DNA of 40,850 nt from Paracoccaceae bacterium (GTDB lineage: Bacteria > Pseudomonadota > Alphaproteobacteria > Rhodobacterales > Rhodobacteraceae), in assembly GCA_049696055.1 (NCBI GenBank), contig JBAVTI010000470.1, forward strand, positions 1 through 40,850, written 5' to 3'. The position numbers and the translations under genes are program-made. The notes under the pieces are model-generated. The model had not been told where the DNA came from. It worked only from the letters and a program-made list of their open reading frames with translations, and searched no databases. Shown here one piece after another: positions 1-8,786 of the stretch (within the stretch, counting starts at the first letter, position 1; the number at the start of each line of letters is the position of its first letter).

Positions 1-471
1 ATGCACCCCACCCAGCGACAGCATCTGGCTACCATATTCCGCCGTGGTCACATGGCCCACCGCCTCGCCATCCACCCGAACCACCGCGCCTTCCGCCCCC
101 AGATAGCGGTCGGTATCAATCTTCACCTTGACACCGCAGTAGGAAAAGATCGCCTCGGTCACCACCGTCACCATATCCGCGCCATCTACCACCGACGACA
201 CGATAAACGGCGCGGGCTTGTAATCGGGGTAAGTCGTCCCCGACCCGATCCCCGTCACCACCGCATCTGCAACCATCTCGCCATCCCACGCGGCAACGGC
301 AAACGGCACCAGGCGCCCGCCCGCCTCGACCGCATGCGAAAGCATTACCACCGGATCGGTGCGCACAATCCGCCCGTCCGCATTGGCATAGCGGTCACAG
401 GCCCCGGTTTGCCCCGGCGCGATGTAGCACATCACCGGACAGGCATCGCAACGGATCTTCTCGTCGGCCAT
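1..471 (-). CDS. 5' portion (157 codons) of a Cys-rich putative Fe-S oxidoreductase, possibly 6-hydroxynicotinate-reductase-like; the gene runs off the left edge
   Basis: Absent from the ORF track because it is truncated. I read all 157 minus-strand triplets over 1-471 and found no stop. The ATG at 471-469 overlaps the TGA of the upstream Mo-hydroxylase gene (ATGA). The deduced N-terminus [36 protein letters not shown] carries a CxxCxxxC-x9-C motif. The family name comes only from my memory of annotations. Confidence 0.5.
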   Translation of the reverse strand, partial: MADEKIRCDACPVMCYIAPGQTGACDRYANADGRIVRTDPVVMLSHAVEAGGRLVPFAVAAWDGEMVADAVVTGIGSGTTYPDYKPAPFIVSSVVDGADMVTVVTEAIFSYCGVKVKIDTDRYLGAEGAVVRVDGEAVGHVTTAEYGSQMLSLGGVH

Positions 472-3188
472 CACCGCTCTCCCTTTGCCGCCTTGATCGC
501 CGCCAACACCCGGTGAGGCAAGGCAGGCAGCCGCGTAACCTCGGCCCCACTGGCATCGCGGATTGCATTCAGAATCGCCGGTGCCGTTGGTATCAGCACA
601 TGCTCGCCCAACCCCTTTGCCCCCATCGGCCCCTCAGGATCAGGCACCTCGATCAGGATGCTGTCAATCGGCGGCACATCACCAATCGTCGGTATCAGAT
701 AGTCGTGCAAATTCTCGGTCCGCCCCGGGATATACTCTTCCATCAGCGCCAGCCCGATGCCTTGGGCAATACCGCCCTCGATCTGCCCTTCCGCCATCTG
801 CGGATTGATTGCCCGCCCCACATCATGCGCCGCCGTGATCTTGATCAGATGAACGGTTCCCAAAGCCATATCCACCTCCAGCTCGACCATCTGCGCGCCG
901 TAGCCGTAAACCGCATAGGGCTTGCCCTGCCCATTGGCATCCAGTCCACTGGTCGGCGGGTCATAGGTTTCTTCGGCCGATACCGCATAGCCAAACGCGT
1001 CAACCGCCATCGCCCGCAGATCAACCCGCCGATCGACGCCCCCTTCGCTTACCAACACAAACCGCCCCACCACCTCCAGCCGCGCATCATCCCCCATATT
1101 CGCCAGGCGCAAAATCTTGGCCCGCAGCGCCTGCCCTGCCGCCATCGCCGCCCGCCCACTGACAAAGGTCTGCCGCGACGCCGAGGTTTTCCCCGCATCA
1201 GGCGTCAGAAACGTATCCGGCCCCACCAGTTCCAACATCCCCACCGGCACCCCCAGGGCATCCGCCGCAATCTGCGCAATCACGGTGTTCGACCCCTGCC
1301 CGATATCGGTCGCGCCCTGATGCAACACCACCCGGCCCTCCGCCGAGATTCCGATCCGCATGGTAGACGGATTGGGCAAGGATGTATTGCCGCAGCCATA
1401 CCAGCACGACGCCACCCCCACGCCGCGCCGCCGTATCGGGCCCGCCGCATTCCACGCAGCCGCCTCTGCAAGCGCCCGCGCCCACGGCCCGCTAAGTACC
1501 TCCAAACACTCAACAATTCCCGCCGCCCGCACCGCTTGCCCGGTCGCCGTCACATCGCCATCGCGCAGCGCATTCAGCGCCCGAAACGCCAACCGGTCCA
1601 TCCCCACCGCCGCCGCCAGCCGATCATACAACACTTCTTGCATGATCGCCGCCTGCGGCACGCCAAAGCCGCGAAACGCCCCCGATACCGGCCCATTGGT
1701 ATGCACCGCCCGCGCTGTCGCCAAAATCGTCGGCGTCAGATACGGCCCCGAGGCATGCACCGGCACCCGGTTCGCCACCGTCGGCCCCCAGCTGGAATAA
1801 GGGCCGGTATCAAACACTCCATCAAACGCCATCCCCACCACGCGGCCATCTGCATCGCAGCCCACCCGCGCCGTCATCCGCGCCGGATGCCGCTTGGTGG
1901 TCGAGGCCATAGACTCAGCCCGGCTATACACCATCCGCACCGCCCGCCCGGTTTTCAACGCCACCAACCCGATCAACGGCTGCAAACTTACATCCAGCTT
2001 CGACCCAAACCCACCCCCCACTGCCGAAGGCAAGATCCGCACCCGTTCCACCGGCAACGCCAAAACCGCCGCCGTATCATCGCGGTCCATCACTGGCGCT
2101 TGGGTGCAGGCGCGAATGCACAAAACGTCGCCCTCCATCCACGCAGCCCCCGCCTCGGGTTCAATATAGGCGTGTTCGACAAAGGCGGTTTCCATCGCCC
2201 CGTCCACCACATGCGCCGCCCCCGCCAAGGCCGCCGCAACATCGCCGCGCTTTACCCGGCCCTCAATCAACAGATTGCCCGCGCGATGCGCATGCACCAA
2301 AGGCGCAGCGTCGGCTTGCGCTGCCACCGGGTCCATCAACGCGGGCAAAACCTGCCATTCCACCGGAAACCCGTCCAGATCCATCGCCCGCCCGTCATCC
2401 TCAAACGCCACCAGCGCCACCGCTTCACCGCGAAAGCGGGCTTCGCTAATCGCCAGCGCAGGCTGATCGACAAAGGCCGGAATAACCCCAAACGCATTGC
2501 GCCCCGGAATGTCGGCGGCCGTAAACACCAACGACGCGCCCCGTGTTTTCGCCCAACCCGCCACATCGCCAAACCGGAATGACGCCCGGTGATGCGGCGA
2601 CCGTACCGCCTTTAGCATCAGCCCTCCGCGCCGCCATACATCCGCGCCAAACAGATCGCCCGCCACCTTGGCCGCGCCATCCAGCCGCGCCACCCGCGCC
2701 CCCACGGCCATGCCTGCACCCGGCAAATCGGCCACCGCAACCGCGCGCCCGGCATCGCACACCGCCGCAATGATTTTGCGGTACCCGGTGCAGCGGCACA
2801 AAACCCCGCCAAGGCCGGCCTCAACCGTGGCTTCATCCGGCATCGGCACCGCGCGCAACAAAGCCACCGCCGCCATCAACATTCCCGGCGTGCAAATCCC
2901 GCATTGCGCCGCGCCGTGGCGCAAAAATGCGGCCCTAAGTCTGCTTAAAACGTCATCCACAGCCTCAACCGTTTCAACGCGGCGCCCCGCAACCCGCGCT
3001 GCGGGCATCAAACAGGCACAAACCGCCGCACCGTCCACCAACACCGTACAAGCGCCACAATCCCCCGCATCGCACCCCACCTTGGTGCCCAAAAGCCCCG
3101 CATCCTCGCGCAGTACCTCTGACAGCCGGCGCGTCGGCACCACGTCCAGATCCACCGCCACCCCGTTCAGCACAAACCCCACGTTCAT
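471..3188 (-). CDS. Molybdopterin-dependent hydroxylase (xanthine dehydrogenase/aldehyde oxidase family) with a fused N-terminal double [2Fe-2S] domain and MoCo-binding catalytic subunit, 905 aa
   Basis: ORF track. 2Fe-2S motifs are present ([14 protein letters not shown] and [15 protein letters not shown]), followed by MoCo-subunit hallmarks ([16 protein letters not shown]). The ATG at 3188-3186 overlaps the TGA of the FAD-subunit gene, and its own TGA overlaps the next ATG. Confidence 0.9.
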   Translation of the reverse strand: MNVGFVLNGVAVDLDVVPTRRLSEVLREDAGLLGTKVGCDAGDCGACTVLVDGAAVCACLMPAARVAGRRVETVEAVDDVLSRLRAAFLRHGAAQCGICTPGMLMAAVALLRAVPMPDEATVEAGLGGVLCRCTGYRKIIAAVCDAGRAVAVADLPGAGMAVGARVARLDGAAKVAGDLFGADVWRRGGLMLKAVRSPHHRASFRFGDVAGWAKTRGASLVFTAADIPGRNAFGVIPAFVDQPALAISEARFRGEAVALVAFEDDGRAMDLDGFPVEWQVLPALMDPVAAQADAAPLVHAHRAGNLLIEGRVKRGDVAAALAGAAHVVDGAMETAFVEHAYIEPEAGAAWMEGDVLCIRACTQAPVMDRDDTAAVLALPVERVRILPSAVGGGFGSKLDVSLQPLIGLVALKTGRAVRMVYSRAESMASTTKRHPARMTARVGCDADGRVVGMAFDGVFDTGPYSSWGPTVANRVPVHASGPYLTPTILATARAVHTNGPVSGAFRGFGVPQAAIMQEVLYDRLAAAVGMDRLAFRALNALRDGDVTATGQAVRAAGIVECLEVLSGPWARALAEAAAWNAAGPIRRRGVGVASCWYGCGNTSLPNPSTMRIGISAEGRVVLHQGATDIGQGSNTVIAQIAADALGVPVGMLELVGPDTFLTPDAGKTSASRQTFVSGRAAMAAGQALRAKILRLANMGDDARLEVVGRFVLVSEGGVDRRVDLRAMAVDAFGYAVSAEETYDPPTSGLDANGQGKPYAVYGYGAQMVELEVDMALGTVHLIKITAAHDVGRAINPQMAEGQIEGGIAQGIGLALMEEYIPGRTENLHDYLIPTIGDVPPIDSILIEVPDPEGPMGAKGLGEHVLIPTAPAILNAIRDASGAEVTRLPALPHRVLAAIKAAKGER

Positions 3189-3994
3189 GCCAAAACCTCG
3201 GCCACCGCGCGCCGCAACAACTCTGCCGCCGCCCCAGCCCGATACCCGGCCGAGCCGCGCAAATCATCCATCGGGTCCAAAGCTGCCGCCACATCGCTGT
3301 CCAAAATCCGCAATTCCCCCACCGGCACACCGACTAACCCCGCCTCAACCCCCGGCAGCCGTCGCGCCACCCCCGAACACGCCCCCACCGCCAAAGCCGC
3401 CTCGACCACTACGCCCCGCGCCACCACCAGCCGCACCGCTACCATTGCAATCGAGATCACCAGATACGCCCGCGCCCCCAGCTTCAAAAACCGGGTCTCG
3501 CCGCGCAGCGTTGGAAGATGCACCGCCACCAGCACCTCATCCGCCGCCAAATCCACCTTTCGCGGTCCGATCAGGAAATCACCCAGCGCCAGCTGCCGCA
3601 CCCCGCGCACACTCGCCAACTCGACTTGCGCCTCCAGCACCAACAAAGGCGGCACCCCATCGGCGGCAGGCGAGGCATTGCACAAATTGCCGCCAATTGT
3701 CCCCGCATTCTGGATCTGTCGCCCGCCAACCACCCGCGCCGCCTGTCGTAGCGCCATGGGCAGATCCGCCGCCGCCGCAATTTCGGCCCAGCTTACACAA
3801 GCGCCGATCCGCACCCCGCCCGCATGCTGTGAAATTCCCTGCAACTCCGCCAGTCCGGTGATGTCGATCACATCGCCCGCAATCGCGCGCCCGGCTTCGG
3901 TCGGGTAGATATCCGTCCCCCCTGCCAAAATCCGCCCCGCGCCCAACATTGCCAAAGCATCAGCCAGCCGTGTCGGTCGGGTAAAATCGGGCAT
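3185..3994 (-). CDS. FAD-binding subunit of the Mo hydroxylase (CoxM/XdhB-like), 269 aa
   Basis: Track ORF 3185..4168 trimmed to the ATG at 3994 (AGGA 8 nt upstream). The untrimmed R/S-rich extension would overlap the tetR 3' end. Motifs [10 protein letters not shown] and [16 protein letters not shown] are typical of the FAD-binding domain of molybdopterin dehydrogenases. Confidence 0.85.
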   Translation of the reverse strand: MPDFTRPTRLADALAMLGAGRILAGGTDIYPTEAGRAIAGDVIDITGLAELQGISQHAGGVRIGACVSWAEIAAAADLPMALRQAARVVGGRQIQNAGTIGGNLCNASPAADGVPPLLVLEAQVELASVRGVRQLALGDFLIGPRKVDLAADEVLVAVHLPTLRGETRFLKLGARAYLVISIAMVAVRLVVARGVVVEAALAVGACSGVARRLPGVEAGLVGVPVGELRILDSDVAAALDPMDDLRGSAGYRAGAAAELLRRAVAEVLA

Positions 3995-4046
3995 CGGCAC
4001 AATCCTGTTCAAACTGCCTCTACCCTGCGACCGCCGCCTTAAGCTG

Positions 4047-4712
4047 TCAACGCTCCGCACCGACACGGCCCTGATGCCGCGCGACAAAGCGTGCCACTTC
4101 GGCCTCGGTCGCCACCGTTCCGGTGAACGCCTCGACATAGGTCGGAATGCGCTGCAACCGCAGCCCAAGCGCTTCTTCCGTCCGCATCGAAATATAGCCG
4201 ATCTGCGTCAGGTAAATCGTGCGCGCCCGAATATCCGCCTGCGCCTCGGTATAGTTGAACCGCAGAAACATTGCTCGCAGCGCCGCCAACCGCGCAAGGT
4301 CGGCCTCGGCCAGCGCCGCCGCCACCGGAGGCGCGCCTTGTCCCCAGCTGCGGATTGCAAATTCCATCCGCGCATCGAACAACTCGGGCGTTATCCAGCA
4401 GTCATTGACGTTCAGCACCGCCTCGGCAATCGTCTCGGCATAGCTCTCGGTTCGCGCAATCAGATTGCCAGTATTGCGCCCCTGCCACCGCGCGATCAGC
4501 CCGGCAAGCAACGCCTCGCGGTCGGCAAAATGCCAATAGAAACTTGTGCGCGACAAGCCCAGCTTCGCCGCCAATGGGCCCAGCTTTACCGCCCCCACCC
4601 CGCCCTCAAGCAGCGCATCATAAGCGGCATCCAGCCACAAGTCCGCCGACCCCCGCCAACCACGTTCGGCAAGGGGGGCGGTCGCGTTATCAAAGGCGGG
4701 CGCTTGGGTCAT
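4047..4712 (-). CDS. TetR/AcrR-family transcriptional regulator, first gene of the Mo-hydroxylase operon
   Basis: 221 aa with an N-terminal HTH (KLGLSRTSFYWHFADREALL). ATG verified at 4712. Same strand as the hydroxylase genes and 52 nt upstream of them. Confidence 0.9.
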   Translation of the reverse strand: MTQAPAFDNATAPLAERGWRGSADLWLDAAYDALLEGGVGAVKLGPLAAKLGLSRTSFYWHFADREALLAGLIARWQGRNTGNLIARTESYAETIAEAVLNVNDCWITPELFDARMEFAIRSWGQGAPPVAAALAEADLARLAALRAMFLRFNYTEAQADIRARTIYLTQIGYISMRTEEALGLRLQRIPTYVEAFTGTVATEAEVARFVARHQGRVGAER

Positions 4713-4748
4713 AGCCGCACACTACCCTCTCAAACCACCCCACGCAAT

Positions 4749-4793
4749 AAAATTGACATCAGCGTCGTCAAAATCGACACCCCTGTCAATTTT
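4749..4793. promoter_or_regulatory. Candidate operator: three copies of AAAAT(T/C)GACA in the tetR / flavoprotein divergent region
   Basis: AAAATTGACA at 4749-4758, AAAATCGACA at 4770-4779 (direct, 21 bp apart) and TGTCAATTTT at 4784-4793 (inverted, perfect complement of copy 1). Copies 1 and 3 contain TTGACA (-35-like) on opposite strands. Confidence 0.4.
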
Positions 4794-4833
4794 GATCTTC
4801 CCACGCCAAAAAACCTGGTTTAGGCTGTTGGTC

Positions 4834-4879
4834 AAACGTATGGCGCAAAGCCATACGCAGACCATACGTTCAGCATACC
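4834..4879 (+). repeat. Copy A of a 46-nt repeat (8-bp-stem hairpin plus 11-bp phased CATACG hexamers)
   Basis: AAACGTATGGCGCAAAGCCATACGCAGACCATACGTTCAGCATACC. It matches 7039-7084 at 39/46 positions, in the same orientation, and ends 31 nt upstream of the ATG at 4910. Confidence 0.8.
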
Positions 4880-4909
4880 TGCCATTTCGCCAACAAACGG
4901 GGTTATCAC

Positions 4910-6943
4910 ATGTCATCTGATCCGCTGCTTCAGCCCTACACCCTTAAACACCTCACGCTGAAAAACCGGATCATGACCACCAGCCATGAACCCGCCTATC
5001 CCGAAGACGGCATGCCCAAAGATCGCTACCGCCTGTATCATCTAGAGCGTGCCAAGGCTGGTGTTGCGCTGACAATGACCGCCGGTTCCGCTGCCGTTTC
5101 CAAGGATTCTCCGCCGGTTTTCAACAACATCCTCGCCTATAAGGACGAGGTCGTGGGTTGGATGAAGCGCCTGACCGACGATTGCCACGAACAGGGCTGC
5201 GCCGTGATGATCCAGCTCACCCACCTTGGCCGCCGCACCCGCTGGGACAAGGGCGATTGGCTGCCCGTCGTCGCCGCCAGCTCCGCCCGCGAGCCGTCAC
5301 ACCGCGCCTTCCCCAAGGTCATCGAAGACTGGGATATCGAACGCATCATCACCGATTACGCCGACGCCGCCGAGCGCATGCAGGCCGCCGGATTGGATGG
5401 CGTGGAGTTCGAATGCTACGGCCATTTGATGGACCAATTCATGTCCCCCCTGACCAACAGCCTCGCCGCCCCCTACGGCGGCAGCTTCGAAAACCGCGCC
5501 CGTTTCGCCTTGGACGTCCTTACCGCTTGCCGCAAACGTGTCGGTGAGAAATTCCTGCTTGGCGTGCGCTACACCGCAGACGAGGCCCACCTTGGCGGTA
5601 TCACCGCCGACGAAGGCATTGAAATCGCCAAACTTTTCAAAGCCTCGAATTTGGTCGATTTCGTCAACATCATCAAAGGCCGCATCCACACCGACCCAGC
5701 GATGACCGATGTGATCCCGATTCAAGGCATGAAGTCCGCCCCCCACCTTGACTTCGCGGGCCGTATCCGCGCCGAGGTTGGCCTGCCCACCTTCCACGCC
5801 GCCCGCATCCCCGATGTCGCCACCGCCCGCCACGCCATCGCCTCAGGCAAGCTCGATATGGTCGGCATGACCCGCGCTCATATGGCCGATCCGCATATCG
5901 TGCGCAAAATTACCGAGGGCCGCGAAGAAGACATTCGCCCCTGCGTCGGCGCCACCTATTGCCTTGATCGCATTTACCAAGGCGGCATGGCCCTGTGCAT
6001 CCACAACCCCGCCACCGGCCGCGAAGAAACCATGCCCCACACCATCACCCCCGCCGCCACCCAAAAAACCGTCGTTATCGTCGGCGCTGGCCCGGCAGGA
6101 CTTGAGGCCGCCCGCGTCGCCGCCGAGCGTGGTCACAAAGTCACCGTGTTCGAGGCCGCTCCCACCCCCGGCGGCCAGATCCGCCTCACCGCCCAAACCC
6201 CGCGTCGGCGTGAGATGATCGGCATCATTGATTGGCGCATGGCCCAATGCGCCGCCCGCGATGTCACCTTTCATTTCAACACCTGGGCCGAGGCCGCCGA
6301 CATCACCGCCCTCAACCCCGATATCGTCATCATCGCCACCGGCGGCTTGCCCACTACCGAAATCCTTGATCACGGCAACGATCTGGTGGTCTCGACGTGG
6401 GATATCCTGTCGGGCGACGTCAAACCCGGCACCAACGTTCTGTTGTACGATGATGCGGGCGACCATGCCGCCCTGCAAGCCGCCCAACTCATTGCGGAAT
6501 CTGGCGCTACCGTCGAGATAATGACCCCAGACCGCACCTTCGCCCCCGATGTGATGGCGATGAACCTGGTGCCCTACATGCGTGCGCTGCAAGACAAGAA
6601 GACCACCTTCACCGTCACCTATCGCCTTACCTCGGTCGAGCGTGACGGCAACCAACTGCGCGCCACCGTCGGCTCTGATTACATGCCGCTGGCCAAGACA
6701 GCGCATTACGACCAGATCGTCGTCAATCACGGCACCCAACCGCTGGATCAGATTTACTTCGACCTCAAGCCGCATTCAGTTAACCTTGGCGCTGTCGACT
6801 ATGACGCTCTCATCGAAGGTCGCCCGCAATCCCTGAACGGCGGCCCCGCAGGCTTCCAATTGTTCCGCATCGGTGATGCCGTCGAGGCCCGCAACACCCA
6901 CGCCGCCATCTACGATGCCCTGCGCCTGATGAAGGATATCTAA
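4910..6943 (+). CDS. Two-domain NADH:flavin oxidoreductase (OYE-like TIM barrel plus FAD/NAD(P)-binding domain; 2,4-dienoyl-CoA reductase / amine demethylase family, StcD/DgcA-like)
   Basis: 677 aa. The N-terminus is OYE-like (LKNRIMTTSH, MIQLTHLGRR). The C-terminal Rossmann motif is VVIVGAGPAGLEAARVAAERGHKVTVFE. ATG verified at 4910. Confidence 0.85.
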   Translation: MSSDPLLQPYTLKHLTLKNRIMTTSHEPAYPEDGMPKDRYRLYHLERAKAGVALTMTAGSAAVSKDSPPVFNNILAYKDEVVGWMKRLTDDCHEQGCAVMIQLTHLGRRTRWDKGDWLPVVAASSAREPSHRAFPKVIEDWDIERIITDYADAAERMQAAGLDGVEFECYGHLMDQFMSPLTNSLAAPYGGSFENRARFALDVLTACRKRVGEKFLLGVRYTADEAHLGGITADEGIEIAKLFKASNLVDFVNIIKGRIHTDPAMTDVIPIQGMKSAPHLDFAGRIRAEVGLPTFHAARIPDVATARHAIASGKLDMVGMTRAHMADPHIVRKITEGREEDIRPCVGATYCLDRIYQGGMALCIHNPATGREETMPHTITPAATQKTVVIVGAGPAGLEAARVAAERGHKVTVFEAAPTPGGQIRLTAQTPRRREMIGIIDWRMAQCAARDVTFHFNTWAEAADITALNPDIVIIATGGLPTTEILDHGNDLVVSTWDILSGDVKPGTNVLLYDDAGDHAALQAAQLIAESGATVEIMTPDRTFAPDVMAMNLVPYMRALQDKKTTFTVTYRLTSVERDGNQLRATVGSDYMPLAKTAHYDQIVVNHGTQPLDQIYFDLKPHSVNLGAVDYDALIEGRPQSLNGGPAGFQLFRIGDAVEARNTHAAIYDALRLMKDI

Positions 6944-7038
6944 AGCCAAAACCGCGTTCTGCCCAATTTCTTATTGGCAGAAATATCCCCGCGCGGCGCG
7001 CACCAGCGTTCGCCGTCTTAAACCGCGCGTCGGTGACT

Positions 7039-7084
7039 AAACGTATGGCCCAAAGCCATACGCAAAACATACGTCTACCATACT
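7039..7084 (+). repeat. Copy B of the 46-nt repeat
   Basis: AAACGTATGGCCCAAAGCCATACGCAAAACATACGTCTACCATACT. It lies in the convergent gap between the flavoprotein gene (stop 6943) and hpaH (stop 7132). Confidence 0.8.
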
Positions 7085-7131
7085 TGGGTTTTTCAATGAT
7101 TCCAGCCCATTAACCCCTGATTCGTCGCAGA

Positions 7132-7920
7132 TTAGCCGAACCGGCAGTTCACCGCGCCAAACGCCCCGAAATCCGCTTCGATCAAACTTCCCGGCAAACA
7201 TTCCACCGGTCGAATAAACGACCCTGACAAAATCACTTGCCCCGCTTCGATCCGCTGGCCGTAGGCTGCCAATCGCCGCGCCAACCACACAATGCCCAGC
7301 ACCGGGTCGCCCAGCACCCCCGCCCCCAACCCGGTCTCCTCGACCTCGCCGTTGCGACTGACAATCGCCCCTACCCAGCGCAAATCAAACGCCTCCGGCG
7401 CATGGCGCTGCACCCCCAAAACGATCCCCGCATTGGCCGCATTATCCGAAATCGTATCGGTTATGATCCGCGCTTTCCCGCTTGCCGGGTCGGCCCGCAA
7501 AATCCGCGTATCCAGAATTTCCAAAGCCGGAACAACCACTTCCGTTGCGGCCAACACATCCCCGCGCGTCACATCCCCGGCCAGATCCGCCTGCATCACA
7601 AAGGCTATTTCCGCCTCGATCCGCGGTTGGATAAACCGCCCCTTCGGCACCAAAGCGCCGCTCTCAAACACCATATCCGCCAGCAAAACCCCACTATCGG
7701 GAATGTCGATATTCAGCGCATATTGCATCGCCTTCGAGGTCAGCCCGATCTTCCACCCCACCACCGCCTGCCGCTTCAACGCCACAAACGCCGCCTGCAC
7801 GCGGTAGGCATCGTCCATCGTCATGCCCGGATATTTCAACGACAAAAGCCCGCATTGAACCCGGCTTTGCTCTGCCAGATACAGCGCCGCCGCCGCCTCG
7901 GCAACCTCATCGGATGTCAT
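7132..7920 (-). CDS. hpaH: 2-oxo-hept-4-ene-1,7-dioate hydratase
   Basis: 262 aa with a hydratase/decarboxylase family N-terminus (MDDAYRVQAAFVALK..GWKIGLTSKAMQ). Last gene of the hpa operon. Its ATG at 7920 overlaps the hpaG TGA. Confidence 0.85.
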   Translation of the reverse strand: MTSDEVAEAAAALYLAEQSRVQCGLLSLKYPGMTMDDAYRVQAAFVALKRQAVVGWKIGLTSKAMQYALNIDIPDSGVLLADMVFESGALVPKGRFIQPRIEAEIAFVMQADLAGDVTRGDVLAATEVVVPALEILDTRILRADPASGKARIITDTISDNAANAGIVLGVQRHAPEAFDLRWVGAIVSRNGEVEETGLGAGVLGDPVLGIVWLARRLAAYGQRIEAGQVILSGSFIRPVECLPGSLIEADFGAFGAVNCRFG

Positions 7921-8786
7921 GCAAGTACCTCATCCGCCACAATATTTCGCAAAACTCCCAAACCATCCGCCGACACCTCGACCACATCTCCCGGCACCAA
8001 CCACTTCGGCGGATCAAACCTGGCTCCAGCCCCCGTAGGCGTCCCGCAAAGGATGACATCGCCCGGCACCAGCGTCGTAAAGGTCGAGACATAGGCCACG
8101 ATTTTCCGAAACGAAAACAGCATCCGCGACGTCCGATCGCTCTGGCGCAACTCACCATTCACCCTTGTTTCCAAAGCAATATCATCCAGTTGCGCCGCAT
8201 CCGTAAGCGGCACCAGCCACGGCCCCATCGCCCCCGAGGCATCAAAATTCTTGCCCTGCGTCACGTTGAATTTCGCATGCCGCACCCAGTCGCGTAGCGT
8301 GCCCTCATTGGCCAAACTCATGCCCGCAATATGCCCGTAAGCGGCACTTTCTGAAATGCGCCGCCCCCCCTTGCCGATGACGATCACAATTTCGCCTTCA
8401 TAATCAAACTGATGACTTTCTGGTGGCCGGATCAAGCTTTGCCCATGCCCCACAAAACTGCGGGGAAAACGGATGAACAAAGACATGTTCGGCGGCGCCT
8501 CGACCCCATCCTTATACTCGGCATTGCGGTCGGGAAAGTTCACGCCCACGCAAATGATTTTCTCGGGCGCCGGGATCGGAATTGCGTAAGCCATTTCACT
8601 GGCAGCAAAATCCGCCTTCATCCCCGCCGCCGTTTCCGCCATCAAGCCCAGCGCACCCTCGGCAATCACTTCGCGCAACGTCGGAAAGATGTCCCCCTCA
8701 CGCACTGACAGGTCGATGATGCCCGCATCGGTTTCGACACCCCAGCCAGATATGCCATGGCGGGTAAACGCAACAAACCGCGTCAT
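7917..8786 (-). CDS. hpaG: Fumarylacetoacetate-hydrolase-family enzyme (single-domain HpaG-type isomerase/decarboxylase)
   Basis: 289 aa. FAH-fold signature region (ICVGVNF..YEGEIVIVIGK..GDVILCGTPTG). ATGA overlaps at both ends. Confidence 0.8.
   Translation of the reverse strand: MTRFVAFTRHGISGWGVETDAGIIDLSVREGDIFPTLREVIAEGALGLMAETAAGMKADFAASEMAYAIPIPAPEKIICVGVNFPDRNAEYKDGVEAPPNMSLFIRFPRSFVGHGQSLIRPPESHQFDYEGEIVIVIGKGGRRISESAAYGHIAGMSLANEGTLRDWVRHAKFNVTQGKNFDASGAMGPWLVPLTDAAQLDDIALETRVNGELRQSDRTSRMLFSFRKIVAYVSTFTTLVPGDVILCGTPTGAGARFDPPKWLVPGDVVEVSADGLGVLRNIVADEVLA

Noticed and set aside
1-516. Plus-strand ORF of 171 aa starting at base 1
   Set aside because: It is rich in H/R/P and has no recognisable motifs. 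It is the same-phase antisense shadow of the minus-strand Cys-rich gene (1-471), which has an ATGA-coupled start and a sensible Fe-S motif.
513-2582. 689-aa plus-strand ORF
   Set aside because: It lies antisense to the 905-aa Mo hydroxylase and its composition is dominated by R/P/H/Q. This is a typical stop-free shadow frame in DNA with high GC3, with no domain-like sequence.
2668-3861. 397-aa proline/alanine-rich plus-strand ORF
   Set aside because: It is antisense to the hydroxylase and FAD-subunit genes. It is a low-complexity P/A/S/T/R sequence with no SD-supported start, so I treat it as a GC-bias artefact.
3995-4168. N-terminal extensions suggested by the ORF track (also at 11285-11323, 11668-11700, 12290-12352, 13304-13348, 18270-18326, 20164-20196, 20750-20866, 32483-32527, 33198-33254, 37589-37609, 37694-37714, 40663-40725)
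   Set aside because: The track opens ORFs at the first ATG/GTG/TTG after a stop. In each case a downstream start has an SD at proper spacing and/or an ATGA overlap with the preceding gene, and it yields the canonical family N-terminus.
5843-6775. 310-aa minus-strand ORF inside the flavoprotein gene
   Set aside because: Antisense shadow that is G/D/A-rich with no motifs. The plus-strand frame has clear OYE and Rossmann signatures.
6955-6985. Hairpin CTGCCCAAT..ATTGGCAG after the flavoprotein gene as a terminator
   Set aside because: The stem has a bulge and is followed by AAATATCC rather than a T-tract on the plus strand. It may form, but it is not a convincing intrinsic terminator.
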